DNA of 64,000 bases, taken from assembly GCA_029261055.1 (NCBI GenBank), contig JAJDCA010000014.1, forward strand, positions 5,295 to 69,294, read 5' to 3'. Each line of letters begins with the position of its first letter. The stretch's first letter is position 1. Of this stretch, positions 52,499 to 61,597 are shown piece by piece. The translations under genes were made by a program, and so were the position numbers. Origin of the DNA: Candidatus Omnitrophota bacterium. Lineage in GTDB: Bacteria; Omnitrophota; Gorgyraeia; Zapsychrales; Zapsychraceae. The notes below the pieces were generated by a model that did no database searches, was not told the origin of the DNA, and saw only the letters and a list, made by a program, of their open reading frames with translations.

Positions 52499-53818
52499 AT
52501 GAATAGATATTTAGAATATAAAGATTCAGGGATAGAATGGGTTGGTAAAATTCCAAAGGATTGGGCATTGAAACGTCTCAAGTTTGTTTCTAAGATTAAT
52601 CCTTCGAGATCATTAAATATTTCAGAAAATACTCAGTGTGCCTTTATCCCAATGGCGGCGATGAATACTGATGGAAATTTTGATCAATCTGAGCGCCATC
52701 CGCTATCAAAACTCAAAAGTGGTTTTACGTATTTTGTTAAAGATGATGTTATCTTTGCAAAAATAACCCCGTGTTTTGAAAATGGTAAAGGGGCTTTGCT
52801 AGCTAATTTGGAAAGTGAAATTGGGTTTGGTTCGACAGAATTTCATGTATTACGACCTGGAAAAGGATGGACATTATCAGCATTTCTTTATTATATTACA
52901 ATATCAGGGCAATTTCGGCGAATCGGTGAAGCTTTCATGCAGGGAGTAGCTGGACAAAAGCGAGTAACAAATGATTTTGTTGAAAATTATGTTGTGGCAG
53001 TTCCTTCGGTTGATGAACAAAAAATTATTACCGATTACTTGGATTGTAAGACGGCGCAGATTGATGACTTGATCGCCAAAAAAAAACGGATGATTGAGCT
53101 GCTTAAAGAGGAGCGGATGGCTGTAATCAATCAGGCGGTGACAAAGGGGCTTGATCCAAACGTCGAGATGAAGGATTCCGGAATTGAATGGCTTGGCAAA
53201 ATTCCGAAGCATTGGAAATTAAAGAAACTTAAATATGTGGTTAGGATAAACAAAGACTCATTATCAGAAACAGTTAGAGAAAATTATGCGTTTAATTACA
53301 TTGACATTGGTAGTGTTGACTTAGAGGAAGGGTTTAATCTGGGGGAGAAAATTAATTTTGTCGATGCACCCTCAAGAGCCAGGCGGATTGTTAGCAAGGG
53401 GGATACAATCATATCCACTGTTAGGACATATTTAAAAGCAATTGCATATATCGAGAATGATGTTAGAGATATGATAGTTTCAACAGGTTTTGCAGTAGTG
53501 TGTCCTGGTAGTGAAATAGAATCGGAATTTCTTTATTATGTTTTAAGAAGTGAGAAAATTATTGATCGCATTTGTGCCATTTCTGTGGGGGTAAGTTATC
53601 CTGCGATTAATGCATCAGATTTATCAAATACAGTTATTTGGTATCCAAAAGAGAAGGAAGAGCAAAAACGAATTACTCAACAACTTGATAGGGAACTTTT
53701 AAAGTCGAAAAGGATAATTCAAAAACTGTATAGTGAAATAGAATTATTCCAAGAATACCGCACCTCACTTATTTCTGAAGTGGTGACGGGGAAGATTGAT
53801 GTTCGGGGAGGAAGTTAA
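52499..53818 (+). CDS. hsdS: type I R-M specificity subunit
   Basis: KDSGIEW.GKIP..W repeated twice around two TRDs; ISEVVTGKIDV. Confidence 0.95.
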   Translation: MNRYLEYKDSGIEWVGKIPKDWALKRLKFVSKINPSRSLNISENTQCAFIPMAAMNTDGNFDQSERHPLSKLKSGFTYFVKDDVIFAKITPCFENGKGALLANLESEIGFGSTEFHVLRPGKGWTLSAFLYYITISGQFRRIGEAFMQGVAGQKRVTNDFVENYVVAVPSVDEQKIITDYLDCKTAQIDDLIAKKKRMIELLKEERMAVINQAVTKGLDPNVEMKDSGIEWLGKIPKHWKLKKLKYVVRINKDSLSETVRENYAFNYIDIGSVDLEEGFNLGEKINFVDAPSRARRIVSKGDTIISTVRTYLKAIAYIENDVRDMIVSTGFAVVCPGSEIESEFLYYVLRSEKIIDRICAISVGVSYPAINASDLSNTVIWYPKEKEEQKRITQQLDRELLKSKRIIQKLYSEIELFQEYRTSLISEVVTGKIDVRGGS

Positions 53819-54550
53819 ATGTTTAGCGAAAATAGATTTTATAATATTTATTGTGATGAAAGCTGTCATTTAGAGAATGATCATCAGAAAGTAATGACCC
53901 TTGGCGCACTTTGGTGTCTTAATGATGTTAAAAGGGATATGTTTTCTAAGATAAGAGAGATAAAGCGAGAACATGGCTTACCAAATCATTTTGAGATCAA
54001 ATGGACGAAGGTATCTCCTGCAAAGATAGATTTTTATATTGATATTTTAAAGACTTTTTTTGACGAATCAGATTTGCATTTTAGGGCGGTGATTATCAAA
54101 AACAAAGAGCATCTAGATCATACAAAGTTTGCAGGGCAGGATCATGACGTTTGGTACTACAAAATGTTTTTTTGTTTATTGAATGTTATTTTAGAGCCGC
54201 ATGCTTGTTATAAAATTTATCTTGATAAAAAAGACACTAGGGGTGCTGATAAAATTATCAAATTACATGATGTTTTGTGTAACCATCGATATGATTTTTC
54301 AAAAGAAATAATTCAGAATGTGCAGTCAGTTCATTCTCATGAGATAGAACTTCTTCAAGTGGCCGATCTTTTAATAGGAGCAGTTGGATATGTCAATAGA
54401 GGGATTAATACTAGCGAGGCAAAGTCTAAATTAATTTCGTACATCCGGGAACGTTCAGGGTATAGTTTATTAGCAACGACTCTTTTAAAAGAGGAAAAAA
54501 TGAATTTATTTTTTTGGGAGCCTAAGAAAGGTTTAGATAATGGCGAGTGA
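53819..54550 (+). CDS. DUF3800 family protein (resembles phage P1 RlfA)
   Basis: NIYCDESCHL, EIKWTK, YLD, LLQVADLLIGA. Confidence 0.85.
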   Translation: MFSENRFYNIYCDESCHLENDHQKVMTLGALWCLNDVKRDMFSKIREIKREHGLPNHFEIKWTKVSPAKIDFYIDILKTFFDESDLHFRAVIIKNKEHLDHTKFAGQDHDVWYYKMFFCLLNVILEPHACYKIYLDKKDTRGADKIIKLHDVLCNHRYDFSKEIIQNVQSVHSHEIELLQVADLLIGAVGYVNRGINTSEAKSKLISYIRERSGYSLLATTLLKEEKMNLFFWEPKKGLDNGE

Positions 54551-55094
54551 AATTGATTGGCTGCCAGAGCTAGTAATTTTTGAAAGCTATGATAACAATT
54601 GGAATAAATACTTAGAAGCTTTGTATGGATTTTACAAAATTGATTTTTTGGACAATAAGCCTAAATATAAAAATAAGGATGTTGGTGTTAAAAGACTCCC
54701 TATGTATGAGGGAAAAGAATCTAATTTTTGGCATTTGATTCAAGAGAGTTACCAGACTAAGGAGGAAGAAGATCGTATTCCTGATTTGCGAAGATGTGAA
54801 AGAATACGATGGCCGAAACCAATTATCGAAAATGTAAAAAATTCAAGGGTGTTAGTTTGGGAAAATACAAGGCACAATAAGGCTGGAATTGAGAATAATG
54901 TATGTTTTTGGTTTAAAAATAAAGAATATTTAGTTGTTTTACGAAAGAGAAAAAAGTATTTCTTGCTTTGGACTGCTTATCCGGTGATAAAAGAACATAC
55001 GAAAAGAAAATTGTGGAAGGAATATGAGGCGTATAAAAAAGCTGGGGACGCCATTTCTGACGACCCCGTTACTCCTTCTACACATGGTAGATGA
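54540..55094 (+). CDS. hypothetical protein resembling phage P1 RlfB, possibly BECR-fold RNase
   Basis: FWHLI, RIPDLRRCERIRW, YLVVLRKRKKYFLLWTAYP; overlaps DUF3800 gene. Confidence 0.65.
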   Translation: MASEIDWLPELVIFESYDNNWNKYLEALYGFYKIDFLDNKPKYKNKDVGVKRLPMYEGKESNFWHLIQESYQTKEEEDRIPDLRRCERIRWPKPIIENVKNSRVLVWENTRHNKAGIENNVCFWFKNKEYLVVLRKRKKYFLLWTAYPVIKEHTKRKLWKEYEAYKKAGDAISDDPVTPSTHGR

Positions 55095-55097
55095 GCT
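55035..55097 (-). ncRNA. candidate antisense structured small RNA 1
   Basis: Minus strand AGCU-CA-UCUAC[CAUGU]GUAGA-AGGAGUAAC-GGGG-U-CGUCA[GAAA]UGGCG-U-CCCC-AGCU-UUUUU; upstream TGnTATATT and TTGTTT. Confidence 0.6.
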
Positions 55098-55155
55098 ATT
55101 TAAAATATAACATACAAAATTATGAAAAACAAAGGAAAATTAGTTCAAAAAATAA

Positions 55156-55338
55156 ATGATAGAATCTAACCACAATCAAAGCGTTAAGATTGAAATAAAA
55201 ACACCTGCGGAGGAAAAGTCCTTGCAGGCTGTGGATTGTGTAAGCTGGGCCATATTCAGGAAACTGGAGTATAGGGATGATACGTATTACAATACCATCA
55301 GGGAAAAGATCATTGAAGAAAACCCTTTGTTTCCCTAA
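55156..55338 (+). pseudogene. C-terminal remnant of a second DUF3800 gene
   Basis: EKSLQAVDCVSWAIFRK...YYNTIREKIIEENPLFP; the N-terminal DES motif is missing. Confidence 0.65.
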
Positions 55339-55344
55339 GAATGA

Positions 55345-55443
55345 TAAAGCCTCATTCGCTATTTACGAGGAACCCTGCGGAACCCCACGGATGAGGACTT
55401 ACTTATCTAGATCGACCGGGAATCCCCAGTCCTTTTTATATCT
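55345..55443 (-). ncRNA. candidate DUF3800-associated structured RNA 2
   Basis: GC-rich island; AAG-CCTCAT/ATGAGG-A-CTT stem, CGACCGGGAATCCCCAGTCC segment; minus-strand TTGATA-17-TATACT promoter. Confidence 0.55.
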
Positions 55444-55449
55444 AATGTA

Positions 55450-55493
55450 AGTATATGCTATAGGTTGACATTTATCAACTAGAAAGCTATACC
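55450..55493. promoter_or_regulatory. overlapping divergent sigma70 promoters
   Basis: Plus: TTGACA(55465)-17-TATACC(55488); minus: TTGATA(55478..55473)-17-TATACT(55455..55450). Confidence 0.65.
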
Positions 55494-55499
55494 TTTTGT

Positions 55500-58400
55500 G
55501 TGGGTAAAAATCGAGCTAAAATGAGATCAATAACCAATGAAAAAGCCTTTGAAGAATTAATTGAGCAGTGCCTTTTGAAGAGTGGCGGTTATGTAAAAGG
55601 AGATCCTGCGAAGTTCAATCGTGGATTGGCTATGGATACGGTTGTGCTTCTTCAGTTTATTCAGGCCACACAGAAAAATGTTTGGGATGAGCTTGTAAAA
55701 ATTCACGGAATAGATGCTGAACCAAAGTTTCTTTATCGACTTAATCAGGAACTTGAAACGAGAGGTATGTTAGATTGTTTGCGCAACGGAATCATTGATT
55801 ACGGTAAGAAATTTAAATTGGCCTTTTTTAAGCCAGTCAGCGGGCTTAACCCTGAAACGCAGGAATTATATGGCAAGAATGTTCTTACGGTGACAAGGCA
55901 AGTGCGTTATTCCACAAAGGATGAAAGTTCAATTGATATGCTTCTTAGCCTTAACGGTCTTCCTATGGCCACTATTGAACTTAAGAATGCTTTTACCGGA
56001 CAAAATGTTAATAATGCCAAGCAGCAATATAAATATGACAGGAATGCGCAAGAGCTTTTATTCCAATTCAAGAAGCGTGCGCTTGTCCATTTTGCGGTGG
56101 ATACGGATGAGGTTTATATGACCACCCGGCTGCAGGGAAGCAAAACACGGTATTTGCCTTTTAACCGTGGTGTCAATAAAGGGGCTGGTAATCCTATTAT
56201 TGAGGGGAAGCATAAGACCCATTATTTATGGGAGGAAGTTTTTGTTAAAGATAGTTGGATGGATATTTTGGCGAGATTTGTTCATCTTCAGATTGAAGAT
56301 TTCTTGATTGAGGGTAAAAAAGTTAAAAAGGAAAAGATGATATTCCCGCGGTACCATCAGCTGGATGTTGTAAGAAAGATTGCGAGTCATTCTTTAGCGA
56401 ATGGAGCTGGAGAAAATTATCTCATTCAGCATAGTGCCGGAAGCGGTAAAAGTAACTCTATTGCTTGGCTTTCCTATCATTTAGCCAGTCTTCATGGTAA
56501 GACGGACGAAAGAGTATTTGATTCAGTGATTGTTGTGACAGACCGGCTTGTGCTTGATCAGCAGCTTCAGGATACGATTTATCAATTTGAACATAAACGG
56601 GGCGTAGTTGAAAGAATTGATAAGGATTCTCAACAATTGGCAGATGCATTATCCGGCGGAACAAATATTATTATCACGACACTTCAGAAATTTCCGTTTG
56701 TCCTCGATAAAGTTAAAGAACTCCCTAAGCGGAATTATGCTGTTATTGTGGATGAGGCGCATAGCTCTCAGGGAGGAGAAATGGCTAGTGACCTTAAAAA
56801 AATTTTGATGCTTAGAGATGAAGAAGATGTTGAAGATGGTCTTAGGGAAATGATGCATGCTCGTGGTCCTCAATCGAATGTAAGTTATTTTGCGTTTACG
56901 GCCACACCTAAAGCAAAAACGATTGAGATGTTTGGACAAAAAGACGATGATGGTAAGCCACAACCTTTTCATCTTTATTCGATGCGGCAGGCAATTGAGG
57001 AAGGATTTATTTTAGATGTCTTGCAGAATTATATGTCCTATAAAATATTCTTTCAGTTATCCAAGAAAATTGAGGAAGACCCTGCCGTCAATAAGAAAAA
57101 AGCCGCCCAGGCGATTGCGCGATTTTTAACGCTTCATCCGCATAATCTTGCACAAAAAACAGAGATCATTATTGAACATTTTAGGCAAGTGACCATGAGA
57201 AAAATTGGAGGTAAAGCCAAGGCAATGGTGGTTACTGCTTCGCGGGAGCATGTTGTGCGTTATAAACAGGGATTTGATAGATATCTTAAGGAAAAGGGAT
57301 ATTCAGGCATTAAAGCATTAGTTGCGTTTTCTGGGAAAGTGCTATTAGATGGGATCCCACCAGAATATACAGAGGTAAAGATGAATAATTGTGGGGAAAA
57401 GGAGCTCCCTGAGAAGTTTAGCACATCTGAATATCAGTTATTGCTGGTGGCGGAAAAGTATCAAACCGGGTTTGACCAACCTTTACTGCATACAATGTAT
57501 GTCGACAAACGGCTTGATGGTGTTAAAGCTGTTCAGGCCTTGAGCCGTTTAAATAGAATGCATCCGGGAAAAGACGATACTTTTGTGCTTGATTTTGTGA
57601 ACCAGCGAGAAGATATTCTTAACGCGTTTCAACCCTATTATGAACGAACAACATTGGTCGATACAACCGACCCTAATAAATTGTACGACCTTAAAAATAA
57701 AATTGATACGTTTAAAGTCATCGACTACGGGGACGTTGATGTGTTTTCTTCTGTGTTTTTTAAAGATAAAAAATTGCACAACAAGACCGAGCACGCCCAG
57801 TTAAATGCCTTGGTCGATAAAGCTGTTGAACGCTACGAAGCGATTGAGAAAGAAGAAGACAGAGAGGATCTGGCTAATACTTGCCGAGTCTTTACTCGTT
57901 TGTATGCCTTTTTAGCACAGATTATGCCGTTTAGTGATGTTGAACTTGAGAAGTTTTACGCATACATACGATTATTTCTTAAGAAACTTCCTAAAAGAAC
58001 GAATGATGGTCGCTTTACACTCGATGATGAGGTTGCTTTGGAATATTATCGATTACAAAAAATTGCAGAGGGAAAGATTGAATTACAAAAAGGCGTAGAT
58101 GCCGGGCTTAAGCCTGTTAATGAAGCGGGGACAAAAAAAGATAAAGAAGAATATAAGCGCTTATCAGAAATTATTAAAATTATTAATGATCACTTTGGAA
58201 CCGATTTTACGGAGGCCGATAAATTATTTTTTGACCAAATTGAGGAGGAGCTTGTTTTAGATGAAAAGTTGGGACTGCAGGCTAAAAACAATACGATTGA
58301 GAATTTTAAGTATGGATTTGAGGATATTTTTGTTAGCAAGCTTGTCGATCGGATGGATCAGAACGAGGATCTTTTTAATAAGATCATGGAGGACAAAGCC

Positions 58401-58982
58401 TTCGCTGCTGTTGTGAAAGATTATTTGCTAAAGAAGGTGTATCAAAGATTAAATGTGCGTAGTGGGGTCGTTGAAGAAGCTGAGTCATTTTTGCGGGACT
58501 TGGTTTCAGATGAGGCAATAACACCTGCACAGCGTAAAACGCATGTTCGTGTTTGTTCTCTTGAAGCGATGGCGACATCGTTTCAGGAACAGCGAAGACC
58601 TGAGGTTATTGGTTGGAAAGAAATGAAGGGTGTTTTTAAGTTAAATAAAGATATGTTTATTGCTCAAGTTGTCGGCAAATCTATGGAACCGACACTTAAA
58701 GATGGCAGTTGGTGTTTATTTCGTCCGGATCAGGGGGGATCCCGAAATAATAAAATCGTTTTGGTTGAGTCGGAGTATATTACTGATTCTGAAACAATGA
58801 AGAATTATACGATTAAGCGATATTTTAGTAAAAAGACGGACGGCGAGGATGAAGACAGCTTCCGGCATACAAAAATTATATTAAAGCCGGATAATAAAGA
58901 ATTTCCGGATATTATATTACCCGAAGAAACTAGGGAAGATGAATTTCACGTTGTTGCGGAGTTTGTGAAGGTGGTGGGTTAG
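55500..58982 (+). CDS. hsdR: type I R-M endonuclease subunit with C-terminal S24 (LexA-like) peptidase domain
   Basis: DMLL...IELK, QHSAGSGKS, VDEAHSSQ, FTATP, TGFDQP, QALSRLNR; tail VVGKSMEPTLKDG...YTIKRY. Confidence 0.93.
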   Translation: MGKNRAKMRSITNEKAFEELIEQCLLKSGGYVKGDPAKFNRGLAMDTVVLLQFIQATQKNVWDELVKIHGIDAEPKFLYRLNQELETRGMLDCLRNGIIDYGKKFKLAFFKPVSGLNPETQELYGKNVLTVTRQVRYSTKDESSIDMLLSLNGLPMATIELKNAFTGQNVNNAKQQYKYDRNAQELLFQFKKRALVHFAVDTDEVYMTTRLQGSKTRYLPFNRGVNKGAGNPIIEGKHKTHYLWEEVFVKDSWMDILARFVHLQIEDFLIEGKKVKKEKMIFPRYHQLDVVRKIASHSLANGAGENYLIQHSAGSGKSNSIAWLSYHLASLHGKTDERVFDSVIVVTDRLVLDQQLQDTIYQFEHKRGVVERIDKDSQQLADALSGGTNIIITTLQKFPFVLDKVKELPKRNYAVIVDEAHSSQGGEMASDLKKILMLRDEEDVEDGLREMMHARGPQSNVSYFAFTATPKAKTIEMFGQKDDDGKPQPFHLYSMRQAIEEGFILDVLQNYMSYKIFFQLSKKIEEDPAVNKKKAAQAIARFLTLHPHNLAQKTEIIIEHFRQVTMRKIGGKAKAMVVTASREHVVRYKQGFDRYLKEKGYSGIKALVAFSGKVLLDGIPPEYTEVKMNNCGEKELPEKFSTSEYQLLLVAEKYQTGFDQPLLHTMYVDKRLDGVKAVQALSRLNRMHPGKDDTFVLDFVNQREDILNAFQPYYERTTLVDTTDPNKLYDLKNKIDTFKVIDYGDVDVFSSVFFKDKKLHNKTEHAQLNALVDKAVERYEAIEKEEDREDLANTCRVFTRLYAFLAQIMPFSDVELEKFYAYIRLFLKKLPKRTNDGRFTLDDEVALEYYRLQKIAEGKIELQKGVDAGLKPVNEAGTKKDKEEYKRLSEIIKIINDHFGTDFTEADKLFFDQIEEELVLDEKLGLQAKNNTIENFKYGFEDIFVSKLVDRMDQNEDLFNKIMEDKAFAAVVKDYLLKKVYQRLNVRSGVVEEAESFLRDLVSDEAITPAQRKTHVRVCSLEAMATSFQEQRRPEVIGWKEMKGVFKLNKDMFIAQVVGKSMEPTLKDGSWCLFRPDQGGSRNNKIVLVESEYITDSETMKNYTIKRYFSKKTDGEDEDSFRHTKIILKPDNKEFPDIILPEETREDEFHVVAEFVKVVG

Positions 58983-59159
58983 AAATGATATATGACTCGA
59001 ATTGATAACCAAACAAGTTCGGCATTTTTCTAGATAGGGACAAATTGTCCCCAGATAGAAATGCCAGAAAAGAAACCAAAAAAGAGTTGGCAGAAGCGTT
59101 GTTTCGAAACAGAATTTTGTAGATAAAGATGATCAATTAGAACTGGAAAATCAAAAATA

Positions 59160-60527
59160 ATGATACACGCACACATTAATGACATTGTAAAATGCACTAA
59201 AGGGAAGCTTGTTAAGGGGAATGAGGAGGTCCAGGTTAGAGGTGTATCCATTGATTCGCGGACTGTAAAGAAGGGGAACCTTTTTATTGCGATCAAAGGA
59301 GTGAACTTTGACGGTCATCGGTTTGTTGCGCAAGCGATTAAAAAAGGGGCGGCGGCGATTATTGTTTCAAAGCGAAAGGTCGTGCCTTGTGACGTTCCCA
59401 CTATTTTGGTCAATGATACAACGCAAGCTTTGGGTGAAGTGGCGCGATTTCATCGGTGTCGGTTTTCGATTCCGCTTATTGCTATTACCGGGAGTACTGG
59501 TAAAACCACCACAAAGGATATGATTGCGGCGGTCCTTAAAGTTAAGTTTAAAGTATTAAAGAATATCAAAACAGAAAATAATCAGTTCGGGGTTCCGTTA
59601 ACGCTTCTGAAGCTGAATGCCTCTTATGATGTGGTTGTGTTGGAATTAGGGACGAACCAGCCGGGCGATATTCCGTGGCTTGCCTATGTTGCCCAGCCCA
59701 CCGTGGCTGTTTTTACAAATATCGGGGAATCACATCTTCAAGGGCTCAAGACGCCGCAGGGGGTGTTTCGTGAGAAATATCAGTTAATTAAGCATACGGC
59801 TGAAGATGGTACGGTAATTTTTAATGGCGATGACATTTATTTAAAAACTATTACAAATAAAAAATTATCGCAGACAAAAATAACGTTTAGTATTCAAGAA
59901 AAATCTGATTACCAGGCTATGAAAATCAAAAAGAGCGGTAATTATAAGTTATGTTTTCAAACGTACCGGAATATTTTTTCTATAGTCAGTCCGGCTGAGC
60001 ATAATATTTATAATGCATTAGCCGCAATGTGTTGTGGCCGGTTCTTTAAAATTAGTTTTGATGATATTAAGGGTAGGATTTCTAGATTTAAGGGGGCTGA
60101 TGGGCGTCAAATTGTTAAAAAGTGTAAGAATTTTTGGTTGATTGATGATACGTACAATTCTAATCCTGTATCTTTTAAAAGTGCTTTAAAGACCTTGAGT
60201 TCTTTTGAAACAAAAGGAAGGAAAATTTTAGTGTTTGGAGATATGATGGAATTAGGTTCGCAAGCGCAGGATTTACATCAGCGGATGGGAAAATTGATTA
60301 GACAGTCAAGCATTGATGCTATTTTTACATTTGGTCAATATTCTGATCAGATAACTAAAGAAATTACAAAAAATTCAAAGGCTATGCAAGCAAGGCATTG
60401 TAAGACTCAAAACAAATTGCAGCAGCATTTACAGCATTTTTGTCAAAAGGGTGATGTTATCCTTATTAAAGGTTCCCGCAGCATGAAAATGGAAAGGGTT
60501 GTTGATTTTTTATGTTCTATTACTTAG
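59160..60527 (+). CDS. murF: UDP-MurNAc-pentapeptide synthetase
   Basis: IDSR, AITGSTGKTTTKD, DDTYNSNP, GDMMELG, KGSRSMKME. Confidence 0.95.
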   Translation: MIHAHINDIVKCTKGKLVKGNEEVQVRGVSIDSRTVKKGNLFIAIKGVNFDGHRFVAQAIKKGAAAIIVSKRKVVPCDVPTILVNDTTQALGEVARFHRCRFSIPLIAITGSTGKTTTKDMIAAVLKVKFKVLKNIKTENNQFGVPLTLLKLNASYDVVVLELGTNQPGDIPWLAYVAQPTVAVFTNIGESHLQGLKTPQGVFREKYQLIKHTAEDGTVIFNGDDIYLKTITNKKLSQTKITFSIQEKSDYQAMKIKKSGNYKLCFQTYRNIFSIVSPAEHNIYNALAAMCCGRFFKISFDDIKGRISRFKGADGRQIVKKCKNFWLIDDTYNSNPVSFKSALKTLSSFETKGRKILVFGDMMELGSQAQDLHQRMGKLIRQSSIDAIFTFGQYSDQITKEITKNSKAMQARHCKTQNKLQQHLQHFCQKGDVILIKGSRSMKMERVVDFLCSIT

Positions 60528-61597
60528 CTGAATTTCGTGACATTTTTTCCAGTTTAAATATTTTTCGATACATTACTTTTCGTGCCGGTATGGCTGGTGT
60601 GACAACATTTTTATTGTGTGTTGTGTTTGGTCCATATTTTATTAATAAACTTAAGAAAATGAAAATTCGGGAAATTGCCAAACGCGAAGATTGTCCGGAC
60701 TTGGATCAATTTCAGAATGCCAAAGAAGGTACGCCGACAATGGGGGGGGTGTTTATTGTAGGCAGTATTCTTTTGTCGGTTCTTTTATGGGCAGATTTAA
60801 GTAATCGTTATGTGTTGCTTACAATGGGAACATGTTTTTGGTTAGCTATTTTGGGTTGGGTCGATGACTATGTAAAATTAACACGAACAGCCCGCCGGGG
60901 GTTAAGCATGAAAACCAAATTGATTTGGCAAATCCTTTTGGGATGTTTTATTGGGACGTATGTTTTCTTTAATCCGGATACCTCAACGCAGTTAACTTTT
61001 CCATTCGTTAAGAGTTTTATTTTGAATTTAGGAATTTTATATATTCCTTTTGTGGCCCTCATTGTGATCGGAACGTCTAATGCCGTGAATTTAACTGACG
61101 GTTTAGATGGATTGGCCATAGGGTGTGTCTTGATTGTCAGTTTGACGCTAGCGATTGTGAGTTACATTACGGGGCATTTTCTTTTTAGTCAGTATCTTTT
61201 TATCCCTTTTGTTTCCGGTGCCGGGGAATTAGCCGTTTTTTGTACGGCGATGGTTGGCGCCAGTTTGGGGTTTTTATGGTTTAATTGTCATCCAGCCTCT
61301 GTGTTTATGGGGGATGTCGGCTCCTTGTCGTTGGGCGGGACATTGGGCGTGATTGCCGTTTTGATCAAACAAGAGCTGATGCTTGTGATCTTAGGCGGTG
61401 TTTTTGTGATCGAGGCATTATCCGTGATTTTGCAAGTGGCTTCTGTTAAATTTCGCGGAAAACGGATTTTTAAAGTTTCTCCACTGCATCATCATCTGCA
61501 GCTATCCGGTTGGAAGGAATCGAAAATCATCATACGTTTTTGGATTTTGGCCATTATTTTGGCGATGATTACTTTGACGATGTTGAAGATAAGGTAA
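60512..61597 (+). CDS. mraY: phospho-MurNAc-pentapeptide transferase
   Basis: KEGTPTMGG, NAVNLTDGLDGLA, FMGDVGS, PLHHH. Confidence 0.97.
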   Translation: MFYYLAEFRDIFSSLNIFRYITFRAGMAGVTTFLLCVVFGPYFINKLKKMKIREIAKREDCPDLDQFQNAKEGTPTMGGVFIVGSILLSVLLWADLSNRYVLLTMGTCFWLAILGWVDDYVKLTRTARRGLSMKTKLIWQILLGCFIGTYVFFNPDTSTQLTFPFVKSFILNLGILYIPFVALIVIGTSNAVNLTDGLDGLAIGCVLIVSLTLAIVSYITGHFLFSQYLFIPFVSGAGELAVFCTAMVGASLGFLWFNCHPASVFMGDVGSLSLGGTLGVIAVLIKQELMLVILGGVFVIEALSVILQVASVKFRGKRIFKVSPLHHHLQLSGWKESKIIIRFWILAIILAMITLTMLKIR

